From: an uncultured Bacillota bacterium
GTDB lineage: Bacteria > Bacillota > Clostridia > Christensenellales > UBA1242
NCBI GenBank assembly: GCA_947090235.1
Contig: CAMUNJ010000002.1
Coordinates: 1-33,095, forward strand
Reading direction: 5' to 3'
DNA: 33,095 nucleotides
Both the position numbers and the translations under genes were made by a program. The notes beneath the pieces were generated by a model that saw only the letters and a list, made by a program, of their open reading frames with translations, did no database searches and had not been told where the DNA came from. This document shows positions 16,521 to 24,660 of the stretch, piece after piece; position 1 is the first letter of the stretch, and every line of letters starts with the position of its first letter.

Positions 16521-16811
16521 ATGCAAAGATTTTTATACCCTGCAGTTTTTTATCATGATAATGATGAAGTAAAAGTTTTTTTTCCAGATATTGATATAAC
16601 AACAGAAGGTAATGTTATGGAAGAGGCGTATTTGTATGCTGAGGGATTTTTGAGGTCTTATCTTGCTTATGCTTTGAAGTTTGATCTTGATTATAATCTT
16701 CCAACAGATTATGATAGTATTGTAAAAAAACTTAATAAAGACGAAACTTGTATGCTTATTTGTGTGTCAATTTCAGACAAAGAAGTAGCGTCAGTTAAAC
16801 ATAGTGATTGA
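16521..16811 (+). CDS. HicB-like (UPF0150) single-domain protein, antitoxin-type fold without a DNA-binding domain
   Basis: YPAVFYHDNDEVKVFFPDIDITTEGNVMEEAYLYAEGFL matches the HicB N-terminal pattern (YP-x-x-F...V-x-FPD....T-x-G....EA). Only 96 aa, with no RHH/HTH tail. Confidence 0.6.
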   Translation: MQRFLYPAVFYHDNDEVKVFFPDIDITTEGNVMEEAYLYAEGFLRSYLAYALKFDLDYNLPTDYDSIVKKLNKDETCMLICVSISDKEVASVKHSD

Positions 16812-16853
16812 TTAATAAATATTAAAATATTTTGATAAAAGATTATAAAAGAC

Positions 16854-16882
16854 TTGACAAACATTGTTTAATATGTTAAAAT
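16854..16882 (+). promoter_or_regulatory. Promoter of the rpmG-secE-nusG operon
   Basis: TTGACA (16854-16859), 17-nt spacer, TGtTAAAAT (16874-16882). Confidence 0.65.
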
Positions 16883-16886
16883 CATG

Positions 16887-16916
16887 CTAACACTTCATTC
16901 GGGGTGTTAGTTTTTT
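16887..16916 (+). other. 5'-proximal stem-loop with U-run in the rpmG leader
   Basis: ctaacac (16887-16893) pairs with gtgttag (16904-16910), followed by TTTTTT. It lies between the -10 box and the SD. Confidence 0.45.
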
Positions 16917-16931
16917 GTTAGGAGATAAATT

Positions 16932-17093
16932 ATGGCAGCACCAAAACGCAAAAACATCACACTTGCTTGCACTGAATGTCAAGAAAGAAATTATGCTACA
17001 AGCAAAAATAGTAGCAACAATTCTGAAAGAATTGAAATTACAAAATTCTGTCCAAAGTGTGGAAAGAGAACTGTTCACAAAGAAACAAAGTAA
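16932..17093 (+). CDS. rpmG: 50S ribosomal protein L33 (absent from the ORF track)
   Basis: [53 protein letters not shown]: CxxC...CxxC L33 pattern, AGGAG SD, canonical position upstream of secE-nusG. Confidence 0.92.
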   Translation: MAAPKRKNITLACTECQERNYATSKNSSNNSERIEITKFCPKCGKRTVHKETK

Positions 17094-17108
17094 AAAGCGG
17101 GAGGAACT

Positions 17109-17606
17109 ATGACTAAAAGGAAAGACAAAAAAGCACCTGTAAAAATTTCTGCTTTAGAAAATGAAGAGGTGAAACTTTCTGCAAATGAAGAAGTTGAATC
17201 AAGTACACCAGATGAAATCGTTGTTGAAGAGGCTAATGCCAACTTAAATGCAGACGAAATGGTTGTCCAAGAGATTCAAGAAGAAGCCAAAGAGACTGAG
17301 GTTAAAACTCAAACTTCTTCCAAAAAGGATAAACCAGTTATTGACAAAAAGAACAATAAAAAAGAAGATGACAAGAAAAAGCCTAAAAAAGAAAAGAAGG
17401 AAAAGAAAGGTTTAAAGCGTCGCAGTAAGGAAACTGTTAGCGAACTTAAAAAAGTGACATGGCCTAAATTCCCTGAAGTTGTTAAAAAGACAGGCGTTGT
17501 TATCGCTGTTGTTCTTATTTTTGCAGTAGTGTTATTATGTCTTGACTTGTTGTTTGGTTTCCTTTCAAGTGCTTTGATGGGCAAACCATTCATTCCATTC
17601 AGTTAA
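17109..17606 (+). CDS. secE: Preprotein translocase subunit SecE with a long K/E-rich N-terminal extension
   Basis: C-terminal SKETVSELKKVTWPKFPEVVKKTGVVIAVVLIFAVVLLCLD is the SecE core. Position between rpmG and nusG. Confidence 0.88.
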   Translation: MTKRKDKKAPVKISALENEEVKLSANEEVESSTPDEIVVEEANANLNADEMVVQEIQEEAKETEVKTQTSSKKDKPVIDKKNNKKEDDKKKPKKEKKEKKGLKRRSKETVSELKKVTWPKFPEVVKKTGVVIAVVLIFAVVLLCLDLLFGFLSSALMGKPFIPFS

Positions 17607-17619
17607 AAAGAGGTAGATT

Positions 17620-18285
17620 ATGGAAGAAAAAGAATTATTAGATCAAATAGTAAATGGTCAAGTTGAAAATAGCGAAAATCAAGACCAGGCAAATGAGGTT
17701 ATTCCTGAAAGACTTAAAATCAAGAAAACCAATGCTCTTACTGGTGAAGAAGTAGCATATAGCGATGACTTGGCTGCTAAATGGTATGTTCTTCATACAT
17801 TTTCTGGTTATGAAAATGTTGCTAAAGAAAATCTTGAAACAGTTATAGAAAAGTTTAATCTTCAAGATCGTATCTTTGATGTTGTTATTCCTATGGAAGA
17901 TGTTGTCGAAGAAAAAAATGGCAAAAAAGTTCTTGTTCAACGCAAAGCAATGCCTTGCTATATCTTAGTTAAAATGAAATATGCTGATGACCTTTGGCAT
18001 AATGTAACTAGAACTAGAGGTATTACAGGTTTCGTTGGCCCAAAAGGTCGCCCACTTGCCTTGAATGAGGAAGAAGTTATGAAACTTCGTCTTGAAAAGA
18101 TTAAGGTTGAAACCGATCTTGCTGTTAATGATAAAATAGAAGTTATTGATGGTCCTCTTAATGGAATGGTTGGACAGGTAGTTGCTGTAAATCCAGAAGC
18201 AAACTTATTAACAGTAAATGTTGAAATGTTTGGAAGAGAAACATCTGTTGATTTGCAATTCAATCAAGTGAGAAAAATAAACTAA
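17620..18285 (+). CDS. nusG: Transcription termination/antitermination factor NusG
   Basis: KWYVLHTFSGYENVAKENLE (NGN domain) and a C-terminal KOW (GPLNGMVGQVVAVN). ~45-aa N-terminal extension. Confidence 0.93.
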   Translation: MEEKELLDQIVNGQVENSENQDQANEVIPERLKIKKTNALTGEEVAYSDDLAAKWYVLHTFSGYENVAKENLETVIEKFNLQDRIFDVVIPMEDVVEEKNGKKVLVQRKAMPCYILVKMKYADDLWHNVTRTRGITGFVGPKGRPLALNEEEVMKLRLEKIKVETDLAVNDKIEVIDGPLNGMVGQVVAVNPEANLLTVNVEMFGRETSVDLQFNQVRKIN

Positions 18286-18290
18286 TCATA

Positions 18291-18318
18291 TTGACTTTTT
18301 TGAATTTTGTTGTATTAT
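18291..18318 (+). promoter_or_regulatory. Putative promoter of the inserted 164-aa gene
   Basis: TTGACT (18291-18296), 16-nt spacer, TATTAT (18313-18318). Confidence 0.45.
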
Positions 18319-18341
18319 TAAAATGGAGGTCAATATAAAAT

Positions 18342-18836
18342 ATGACTAATTATGAAAAATTTTATCAAAAATATATAAATAAACCAGGAAAAACTAAAGT
18401 TTCGAAGGGCTTTGAAAAATCTAGAAGTTTACATGGTGCACAAATTATTCGTTTTGTAGATGAAAAGGATTGTGAAAATGTTGCATCTTTATACACATTT
18501 AGAGCCAAATCTGAAATTATCATTGATAGTATTGATGAACAAGGCAATGAAGGTGTTCTTGTAGGGAATTGCTTGGCTGAAATTGTTGAAAAAGGTGTAG
18601 TAAACTACTATTTTTATCTTAGAGGCGAAAATAGAGAACTTAAAATTACTTCAGATGAAGAAATAAGTGAAGAAAAGAATAAAGAAAAAAGTCTTCTTTA
18701 CAAACTTGATATTTCTTCTACTATGCAAAATGATAAATTATTAGCAAAAGCAGTTTCGCTAGAAGATACAGATAATTATAATGTGACATGTCGTATTATT
18801 AATGAACTACATCTTGCTCAACCTGAAATTGAATAA
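18342..18836 (+). CDS. Hypothetical 164-aa protein inserted between nusG and rplK
   Basis: GGAGG upstream. No family recognised. Flanked by its own promoter-like element and two downstream hairpins. Confidence 0.6.
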   Translation: MTNYEKFYQKYINKPGKTKVSKGFEKSRSLHGAQIIRFVDEKDCENVASLYTFRAKSEIIIDSIDEQGNEGVLVGNCLAEIVEKGVVNYYFYLRGENRELKITSDEEISEEKNKEKSLLYKLDISSTMQNDKLLAKAVSLEDTDNYNVTCRIINELHLAQPEIE

Positions 18837-18842
18837 ATTGGT

Positions 18843-18894
18843 ATATCGCGGCTTTGCCGCTTGATATATAACGAAAGAAAGTCGCTTTCGTTTT
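18843..18894 (+). terminator. Tandem hairpins downstream of the 164-aa gene, the second with a T-run
   Basis: atatcgcgg-ctttg-ccgc(tt)gatat, then acgaaag-aaagtcg-ctttcgt followed by TTTT. Confidence 0.6.
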
Positions 18895-18950
18895 AAAAAT
18901 GTGGGAGATGGGAACTGCAACCCGTCGGAAACCACTTAAAGGAGGAAAAA

Positions 18951-19379
18951 ATGGCAGGAAAAGAAATCTCTGCAGTAGTTAAATTACAATTACCTGCAGG
19001 TAAAGCCACTCCGGGACCTCCAGTTGGTTCATCTCTTGGACCTCATGGAATTAACATCGCGGGCTTTACAAAAGAATTTAATGAGAAGACTGCTTCTCAA
19101 GCTGGAATGATTATTCCAGTAGTGATCACTATCTATAAAGATAGAAGTTTCACATTTGTGCTTAAGACTCCACCAGCAGCTATACTTATTATGAAGGCTA
19201 TTGGTCTTGAAAAAGGGTCTGCAACACCAAACAAAACAAAAGTCGGAAAAATTACAAAGGCTCAAATCAAGCAAATCGCTGAAACTAAGATGCCAGACCT
19301 TAACTGTACATCAATTGAGTCTGCTATGTCTATGATTGAAGGCGCTGCTAGAAGCATGGGCGTCACAGTTGTTGACTAA
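18951..19379 (+). CDS. rplK: 50S ribosomal protein L11
   Basis: [27 protein letters not shown] and [11 protein letters not shown]-type motifs. AAAGGAGG SD. Confidence 0.95.
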   Translation: MAGKEISAVVKLQLPAGKATPGPPVGSSLGPHGINIAGFTKEFNEKTASQAGMIIPVVITIYKDRSFTFVLKTPPAAILIMKAIGLEKGSATPNKTKVGKITKAQIKQIAETKMPDLNCTSIESAMSMIEGAARSMGVTVVD

Positions 19380-19390
19380 GGAGGACTTGT

Positions 19391-20077
19391 ATGAAAAAGT
19401 TAGGTAAAAGATATCAAAAGGCTGTGGAAGTTGCTTCAAATCAAACTTCTTTTGATGTTGCTTCTGCAATGCAAACTCTTTTAGATATGCCAAAGGCTAA
19501 GTTTGACGAAACAGTTGAACTTCATGTTCGCCTTGGTGTTGATGGTAGACAAGCAGACCAACAAGTTCGTGGTGTTTGTGTACTTCCTCACGGAACTGGT
19601 AAAACTCTTAAAGTTTTGGTTATCGCTAAAGGTGATAAGGCTGATGATGCTGCTAAAGCAGGTGCAGACTTTGTTGGAGCAGAAGAAATTGTTTCTAAAA
19701 TTCAAGGTGGATGGGTAGATTTTGATGTTTGTATCACTACTCCAGATATGATGGGACTTGTAGGTCGCGTTGCTAGAGTTTTAGGACCAAAAGGCTTAAT
19801 GCCAAACCCTAAGAGTGGTACAGTAACAATGGATGTTGCTAAAGCCATCACAGAAGCAAAAGCAGGTAAGGTGGAATATAGACTTGATAAGAACAATATT
19901 GTACATGTTATCTTAGGAAAAGTAAGTTTTGGTAAAGATAAACTTGTAGATAACTTCAATACAGTAGTTGAAGCACTTGTTAAGGCTAAACCAGCAGCCG
20001 CAAAAGGAACTTATCTTAAATCAGTTACAGTTGCAACAACAATGGGACCTGGTGTTAAAGTTCAAGTTTCTATGTAA
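19391..20077 (+). CDS. rplA: 50S ribosomal protein L1
   Basis: [32 protein letters not shown] and [15 protein letters not shown] motifs. Confidence 0.95.
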   Translation: MKKLGKRYQKAVEVASNQTSFDVASAMQTLLDMPKAKFDETVELHVRLGVDGRQADQQVRGVCVLPHGTGKTLKVLVIAKGDKADDAAKAGADFVGAEEIVSKIQGGWVDFDVCITTPDMMGLVGRVARVLGPKGLMPNPKSGTVTMDVAKAITEAKAGKVEYRLDKNNIVHVILGKVSFGKDKLVDNFNTVVEALVKAKPAAAKGTYLKSVTVATTMGPGVKVQVSM

Positions 20078-20091
20078 TAACATGATAATTT

Positions 20092-20120
20092 AAAAACACG
20101 ATAAAAATATCGTGTTTTTT
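20092..20120 (+). terminator. Strong rplKA terminator
   Basis: aacacgata-aaaa-tatcgtgtt followed by TTTTTT. Confidence 0.8.
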
Positions 20121-20236
20121 GTTTGCTATATTTGATATAAATTAAATGAATTTGTTTTTATAGTAAAATTTGCTTGCTTTAAGATTCAAAAAGTTGTAAA
20201 ATTATTTATATAAATTTAATAAAGGAAATAAAACAT

Positions 20237-20326
20237 ATGAAAACAAAATTGTATAGTATGTTAATTATCCTTGTTTCCCTTCTGCTGGGTGCAGGAAGTG
20301 CATTCTTGGCGGGGGGGGATTTTTAA
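20237..20326 (+). CDS. Signal-peptide-encoding 5' exon-like ORF of the GLUG surface protein, out of frame with its body
   Basis: AAGGA SD and ATG 20237. MKTKLYSMLIILVSLLLGAGSAFLAGGDF* is a classic n-h-c signal peptide that runs through the G8 tract and stops at 20324-20326. Confidence 0.6.
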   Translation: MKTKLYSMLIILVSLLLGAGSAFLAGGDF

Positions 20327-23015
20327 CTCTCTAAAAAATGATTTGTCAACAAATGCGGCATGGCCTAATCCAACAAATAGCGGAAATTGGATAGATAATT
20401 GTAGCACTTCTATTTGGGCAGGAGAAGGTACTTTTAGAGATCCTTATTTGATCACCTCTGAAAAAGAATTAGCCGCAGTAGCATATAGAGTAAATCAAGG
20501 CCAATATTCTGATTGTGTTTTTAGATTGACAAAAAACCTGGATATGAAAGATTATTATTGGACACCGATTGGAACAATAACAAATACATTTCAAGGTAGG
20601 TTTTATGGTAAAAATTATACAATTTCTAATATTTATATAAACTCCAACGCAAATCTTGGTTTATTTGGTGTGATAGAAGAGGCCATTATTGGTGATGTGG
20701 TTGTTGAAAATTCATATATTCGAGGAACTACTTTTGTAGGCGGAATTATAGGAAATGCTTCTTTTGCGTGTTTAATTTCTAATTGCCATTTTAAAGGTGG
20801 AGAAATCAGTGTTTCATCAGATTTTGCTGGTGGAATAGTTGGACGTATTACTGCATTTAAAGATAGTAATATTGCAGGGTGTGTAATAGAACAATGTTCA
20901 AATAGTGGGAAATTGACGCGAAATGGCGATGGCAGATATGTCGGAGGAATAGTTGGATATTTTATTGGCTCAACAAATTTAGATGACGATTCTTTTATAA
21001 TGAATTGTTATAATAGGGGACTTATAGAAGGATATAATTATGTAGGAGGGATAGTTGGCTATATTACTAATTTGTTTTTGGTAGCCAATTGTTATAACAC
21101 AGGAAACATTATGGCAGCCACAATTTGTGGTGGAATTGGAGGAAGTTCAGCAAATTTAAACGCTAATTCAAAGATAGTAAATTGTTATAATGTCGGAAAT
21201 ATTTTAGGAAATTCGTCTGCAAGGGCAATTATAGGTAGTAGTACTTCTCTTTTATTAAGCAAGTGCTATTTTGGAGGAAACTGCGATCTTACATCTCCAG
21301 GTGGAAGTTCCGCTAGTACTATAGGAAAAGTTACTATGGAGCAAGTAAAAGTCATTACATGGTATAGAACGTCTTCAAATTGGGATAGAGAATATCCTTG
21401 GGATTTTGTTAATGTTTGGGAGATATATAATGGGCATAATGATAACTTTCCAATCTTCATAATTGTTAGTACTTTGACAATAAATCCAAATGGAGGGAGT
21501 TGTCAAGGAGATTCTTCTGTACAATCAATCACAAAAGCAAATGATTATGTTTTAAATTTGCAAAACCCTATTCGAGAAGGGTTTAATTTTGCTGGTTGGA
21601 AGTTGGAGTATGGTGGTAATTTAGTTTCTGGAATGCCTGCCAAAGGAGGCTTTACTACTAATTCTAGAGTTGATAATGATGGAAGTGTTTACATGAATTT
21701 CCATGGTGAATATGATAAACCTTCTTCAAGCCAATGGCTGACCTGTATGTTTGATAAATATACTTTTGTTGATGGTCATGAATATCAAATAAGTTATGGT
21801 GTTCGAATAAATACCTTGCAAGGTGGTGTTGGTATAGATTTTCGTCACTCAAGGCTAGAAAACGATTGGGCTACACCTTGTGGTAATACTTTTTATGGAA
21901 AAACAAATGGTTGGAAGTATTATGAAATGTCGCAAGTATTATATACAAGTTGCGATTTAGGAGAGACTAATCCCTTGTTTGCAATATGGACAGGAGATTT
22001 AAAAAATTCAACAGAAAATAAAATCATCTATGATTTTGATTTAAAAAATATTGTTATTATGGATGTGACAAATAATACTATAGCATGGACTAGTCAAAAA
22101 TTTACTTTTGGGCAAAACGATGCCACTCTAACTGCTCTTTGGGTGGAAAAAACATGGGATCAATTTGCAGCAGACTCATATGCAGGCGGAAGTGGAACTC
22201 AAACAGATCCATACACAATCGCAACTGCTGAGCAATTAGCAAAACTTTCTAAGGATAGTATGAAAAACTCATTTGAAAATGTTTATTTCAAGCAAATAGA
22301 CAATATTGATTTAAATGCTCATTTTTGGAGCGGAATAGGTGTAACTTCAGATAGACCATTCAAAGGAAATTATGATGGTGGGATGCATTTTATTGCTAAC
22401 CTTAGAATGTATCAAACGGGTGCTGTAGGATTGTTTAATGTGACTGAATCTGCCATAATGTCAAAGATACATCTAATTGATAGTGAAATAAAAACTATAA
22501 GAGGTGATGCTGGAGGTATTGTAGGAATAAATGGTGGTACTAGTGGGGCTAATCCATCTATTGTACAAGATTGCATTGTAGAAAGATCAACAATAATTTG
22601 TGAGGATAAAACTTTTGGTTCAATAGGAGGAATTTCTGGTGCATGGGGGCAGGTTAAAAATTGTATAGTTAAAGATAGTACAATAGATGGCGACTGGGCT
22701 GGAGGAATCTCAGGATATAACCCTATTATGACAAAGGATTGCTCTGCATTAAATGTGACAATAATTGGAAGATCAGAAAAGCAAATTGTTTCTAGAGTAA
22801 AAAATAATATTCAATCTTGTTATGGATATGGAAGTATAAATGGAGCATCTGTTAAAGTTTTGTATGGGGATTCTTCTGTTTGGGGGAATTGGAGTTATAC
22901 TGCAAATATAAATAATGGTTATCCACTTCAAAACAACCTTTTCTGGGTAGTAGGGCAAAGCGGAAGCGATAATGTTTATAACTATCTCAAAAATCTTGGA
23001 TTTAGTGATGGGTAA
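20271..23015 (+). CDS. Large secreted/surface protein with two GLUG-motif (beta-helix-like) repeat modules and a Listeria-Bacteroides (InlB B-type) repeat; frameshifted from its signal peptide
   Basis: Repeated ..NCYN.G.I.G...VGGIVGY.. units. Two module heads: GTFRDPYLITSEKELAAVA and GTQTDPYTIATAEQLAKLS. LTINPNGGS..PIREGFNFAGWKL. The track start is a TTG with no signal peptide. Confidence 0.7.
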   Translation: MFPFCWVQEVHSWRGGIFNSLKNDLSTNAAWPNPTNSGNWIDNCSTSIWAGEGTFRDPYLITSEKELAAVAYRVNQGQYSDCVFRLTKNLDMKDYYWTPIGTITNTFQGRFYGKNYTISNIYINSNANLGLFGVIEEAIIGDVVVENSYIRGTTFVGGIIGNASFACLISNCHFKGGEISVSSDFAGGIVGRITAFKDSNIAGCVIEQCSNSGKLTRNGDGRYVGGIVGYFIGSTNLDDDSFIMNCYNRGLIEGYNYVGGIVGYITNLFLVANCYNTGNIMAATICGGIGGSSANLNANSKIVNCYNVGNILGNSSARAIIGSSTSLLLSKCYFGGNCDLTSPGGSSASTIGKVTMEQVKVITWYRTSSNWDREYPWDFVNVWEIYNGHNDNFPIFIIVSTLTINPNGGSCQGDSSVQSITKANDYVLNLQNPIREGFNFAGWKLEYGGNLVSGMPAKGGFTTNSRVDNDGSVYMNFHGEYDKPSSSQWLTCMFDKYTFVDGHEYQISYGVRINTLQGGVGIDFRHSRLENDWATPCGNTFYGKTNGWKYYEMSQVLYTSCDLGETNPLFAIWTGDLKNSTENKIIYDFDLKNIVIMDVTNNTIAWTSQKFTFGQNDATLTALWVEKTWDQFAADSYAGGSGTQTDPYTIATAEQLAKLSKDSMKNSFENVYFKQIDNIDLNAHFWSGIGVTSDRPFKGNYDGGMHFIANLRMYQTGAVGLFNVTESAIMSKIHLIDSEIKTIRGDAGGIVGINGGTSGANPSIVQDCIVERSTIICEDKTFGSIGGISGAWGQVKNCIVKDSTIDGDWAGGISGYNPIMTKDCSALNVTIIGRSEKQIVSRVKNNIQSCYGYGSINGASVKVLYGDSSVWGNWSYTANINNGYPLQNNLFWVVGQSGSDNVYNYLKNLGFSDG
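20311..20318 (+). repeat. G8 homopolymer at the signal-peptide/mature-protein junction
   Basis: Eight consecutive G read directly from the sequence. G7 or G10 would join frame 20237 to frame 20271. Confidence 0.95.
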
Positions 23016-23020
23016 AAATT

Positions 23021-23052
23021 AAAAAAAGTTTGGATTTGTAGCCAAACTTTTT
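23021..23052 (+). terminator. Terminator of the GLUG protein gene
   Basis: aagtttgg-atttgtag-ccaaactt followed by a T-run. Confidence 0.75.
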
Positions 23053-23198
23053 ATTTATCATTTTATATCGAATTTTATCGAGCGATGATAAAAATATAAT
23101 ATTTTGTGTGTGATAAAACAACTTTTGACATATTTTGCAATTGATTTAAGTTTTATTCTAAAGGCATATCAAAATGCGGACTAGCATATGTTAATATA

Positions 23199-24629
23199 GT
23201 GAAAAAAAGACTGCCTTGGATTACTAAATTATGCTATGGCTTTGGTGGGCTTGGCTATAACTCAATGTCTCAAACATTGGGTAATTTTATAATGTTCTTT
23301 GGTACTTCGATTATGGGTATTCCTGGCACAATGGTTGGTATTGCAGTGGCTATATCATCGCTTTGGGACGGGGTAAGTGACCCGTTAGTTGGTTATTTGA
23401 GTGATAACACTAGAAATAAGTTTTTTGGCCGTAGACTGGGATATATGCTGTGTGGCTGCATAGCAATTGCATGTTTAAATATTTTAATTTGGTCTATGCC
23501 GTCAAGTTTTGGCATTTGGGGCAAGTTTTTCTGGCTTTTATTTTTTATGCTTGCAATAGAAACCGCTTGTACTTTTTTTAGTACACCATTTTCTGCTTTG
23601 GCTATAGACATAGCACCGGACTACAATGAGCAGTCAAAAATTCAAGGCTATAAAACAGTTTTTAATATTGTTGGCATGATTTTGCCAAGTATAATGCTTT
23701 ACTTTTTTATGCCATCTATTTCGTTGGGGGTACAAACCGATTTCAGCCAACGCGGTTATGTAAATATGGCTTATATAAATTCCTTGTTAGTACTTTGTTG
23801 TGGTTTTGTTGCAATTTTTGGCTCGCTTAGAAATGCTAGACATAGTCCTAATTTCACGGCTCATGGCGAGAAAGAAAAATTTAGCATGAAAAAACTTCTT
23901 GGTGGCTATTTTGAAGTAATAAAAAAGAAGAATTTTAGGGCTATTATTCTTGGTTATGCAATGGCTACAGTAGCGTCTGCTTTTTTAATGAGTGTAGGTA
24001 TGCATTTATTTACTTATTGTTATCACTTTTCAAGTGCTCAAATTTCTGTCATGTTGATTGCTCTTTTTGGTGGGGCAATTGCATCACAGCCTTTATGGGT
24101 AAGTATGGCAAAAAAGTATGACAAGAAAAAAGCCTTGATAATTGCGTTGTCAGTTATTCTTTTAGGCATTAGTTTAACGCTTTTAACCTTTTTATTTAGG
24201 GACTATGTTGTAACTCAAACTATGTTTTGGTGTGTGCTTATTTGTATTATGACTTGCGGAGTTGGATTAGGGGCTATGTATAGCCTACCTATGTCTATGT
24301 ATGCAGATGTTGTCACATTGGAAATGTATGAGACTGGACAAAATAATGCTGGTTCATATACAGGTTATTATACTTTCACATATAATCTTGCCAATTCGGT
24401 TAGTTTATTGTTAATTGGATTGATGTTAGATTTTATAAAGTTTGATTCAACTCAGCCTGTTCAAGCAATGTCCGTACAAAATGGATTAGGTACAATTGTT
24501 TTTTGTGGGTGTTCAATAGCCCTAGCATTGTCTATTTTGATCTTTTCAAAATTCTCAATAAAGAGAAGCGATGTATTAAAAACACAACTTAAAATTAATA
24601 TAGCCAAGAAGGCATTAAAAGAGGAATAA
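23199..24629 (+). CDS. MFS transporter, glycoside-pentoside-hexuronide (GPH):cation symporter family
   Basis: KLCYGFGGLGYNSMSQ...LWDGVSDPLVGYLSDNTRNKFGRR is the GPH signature region. ~12 TM. GTG start is tentative. Confidence 0.8.
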   Translation: MKKRLPWITKLCYGFGGLGYNSMSQTLGNFIMFFGTSIMGIPGTMVGIAVAISSLWDGVSDPLVGYLSDNTRNKFFGRRLGYMLCGCIAIACLNILIWSMPSSFGIWGKFFWLLFFMLAIETACTFFSTPFSALAIDIAPDYNEQSKIQGYKTVFNIVGMILPSIMLYFFMPSISLGVQTDFSQRGYVNMAYINSLLVLCCGFVAIFGSLRNARHSPNFTAHGEKEKFSMKKLLGGYFEVIKKKNFRAIILGYAMATVASAFLMSVGMHLFTYCYHFSSAQISVMLIALFGGAIASQPLWVSMAKKYDKKKALIIALSVILLGISLTLLTFLFRDYVVTQTMFWCVLICIMTCGVGLGAMYSLPMSMYADVVTLEMYETGQNNAGSYTGYYTFTYNLANSVSLLLIGLMLDFIKFDSTQPVQAMSVQNGLGTIVFCGCSIALALSILIFSKFSIKRSDVLKTQLKINIAKKALKEE

Positions 24630-24660
24630 AAAAAGGATAGGTAAATTGCCTATCCTTTTT
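24628..24660 (+). terminator. Terminator of the transporter gene
   Basis: aaggatagg-taaattg-cctatcctt followed by TTT. Confidence 0.75.

Noticed and set aside
16432-16850. AT-rich motif ttttgataaaa..tataaaa present both upstream (about 16434-16456) and downstream (about 16829-16849) of the HicB-like gene
   Set aside because: Only 11 + 7 nt are shared, in very AT-rich promoter-like DNA. This is compatible with chance or generic UP-element composition.
16887-17112. Track ORFs 16915..17112 (+) and 16887..17078 (-)
   Set aside because: The same DNA encodes an unmistakable L33 in another + frame with a proper SD, so these are frame shadows.
18895-18950. Possible L1-binding autoregulatory leader upstream of rplK (gtgggagatgggaactgcaacccgtcggaaaccac)
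   Set aside because: Only a 4-bp closing stem can be drawn, and I cannot recall the leader consensus precisely enough to support a call.
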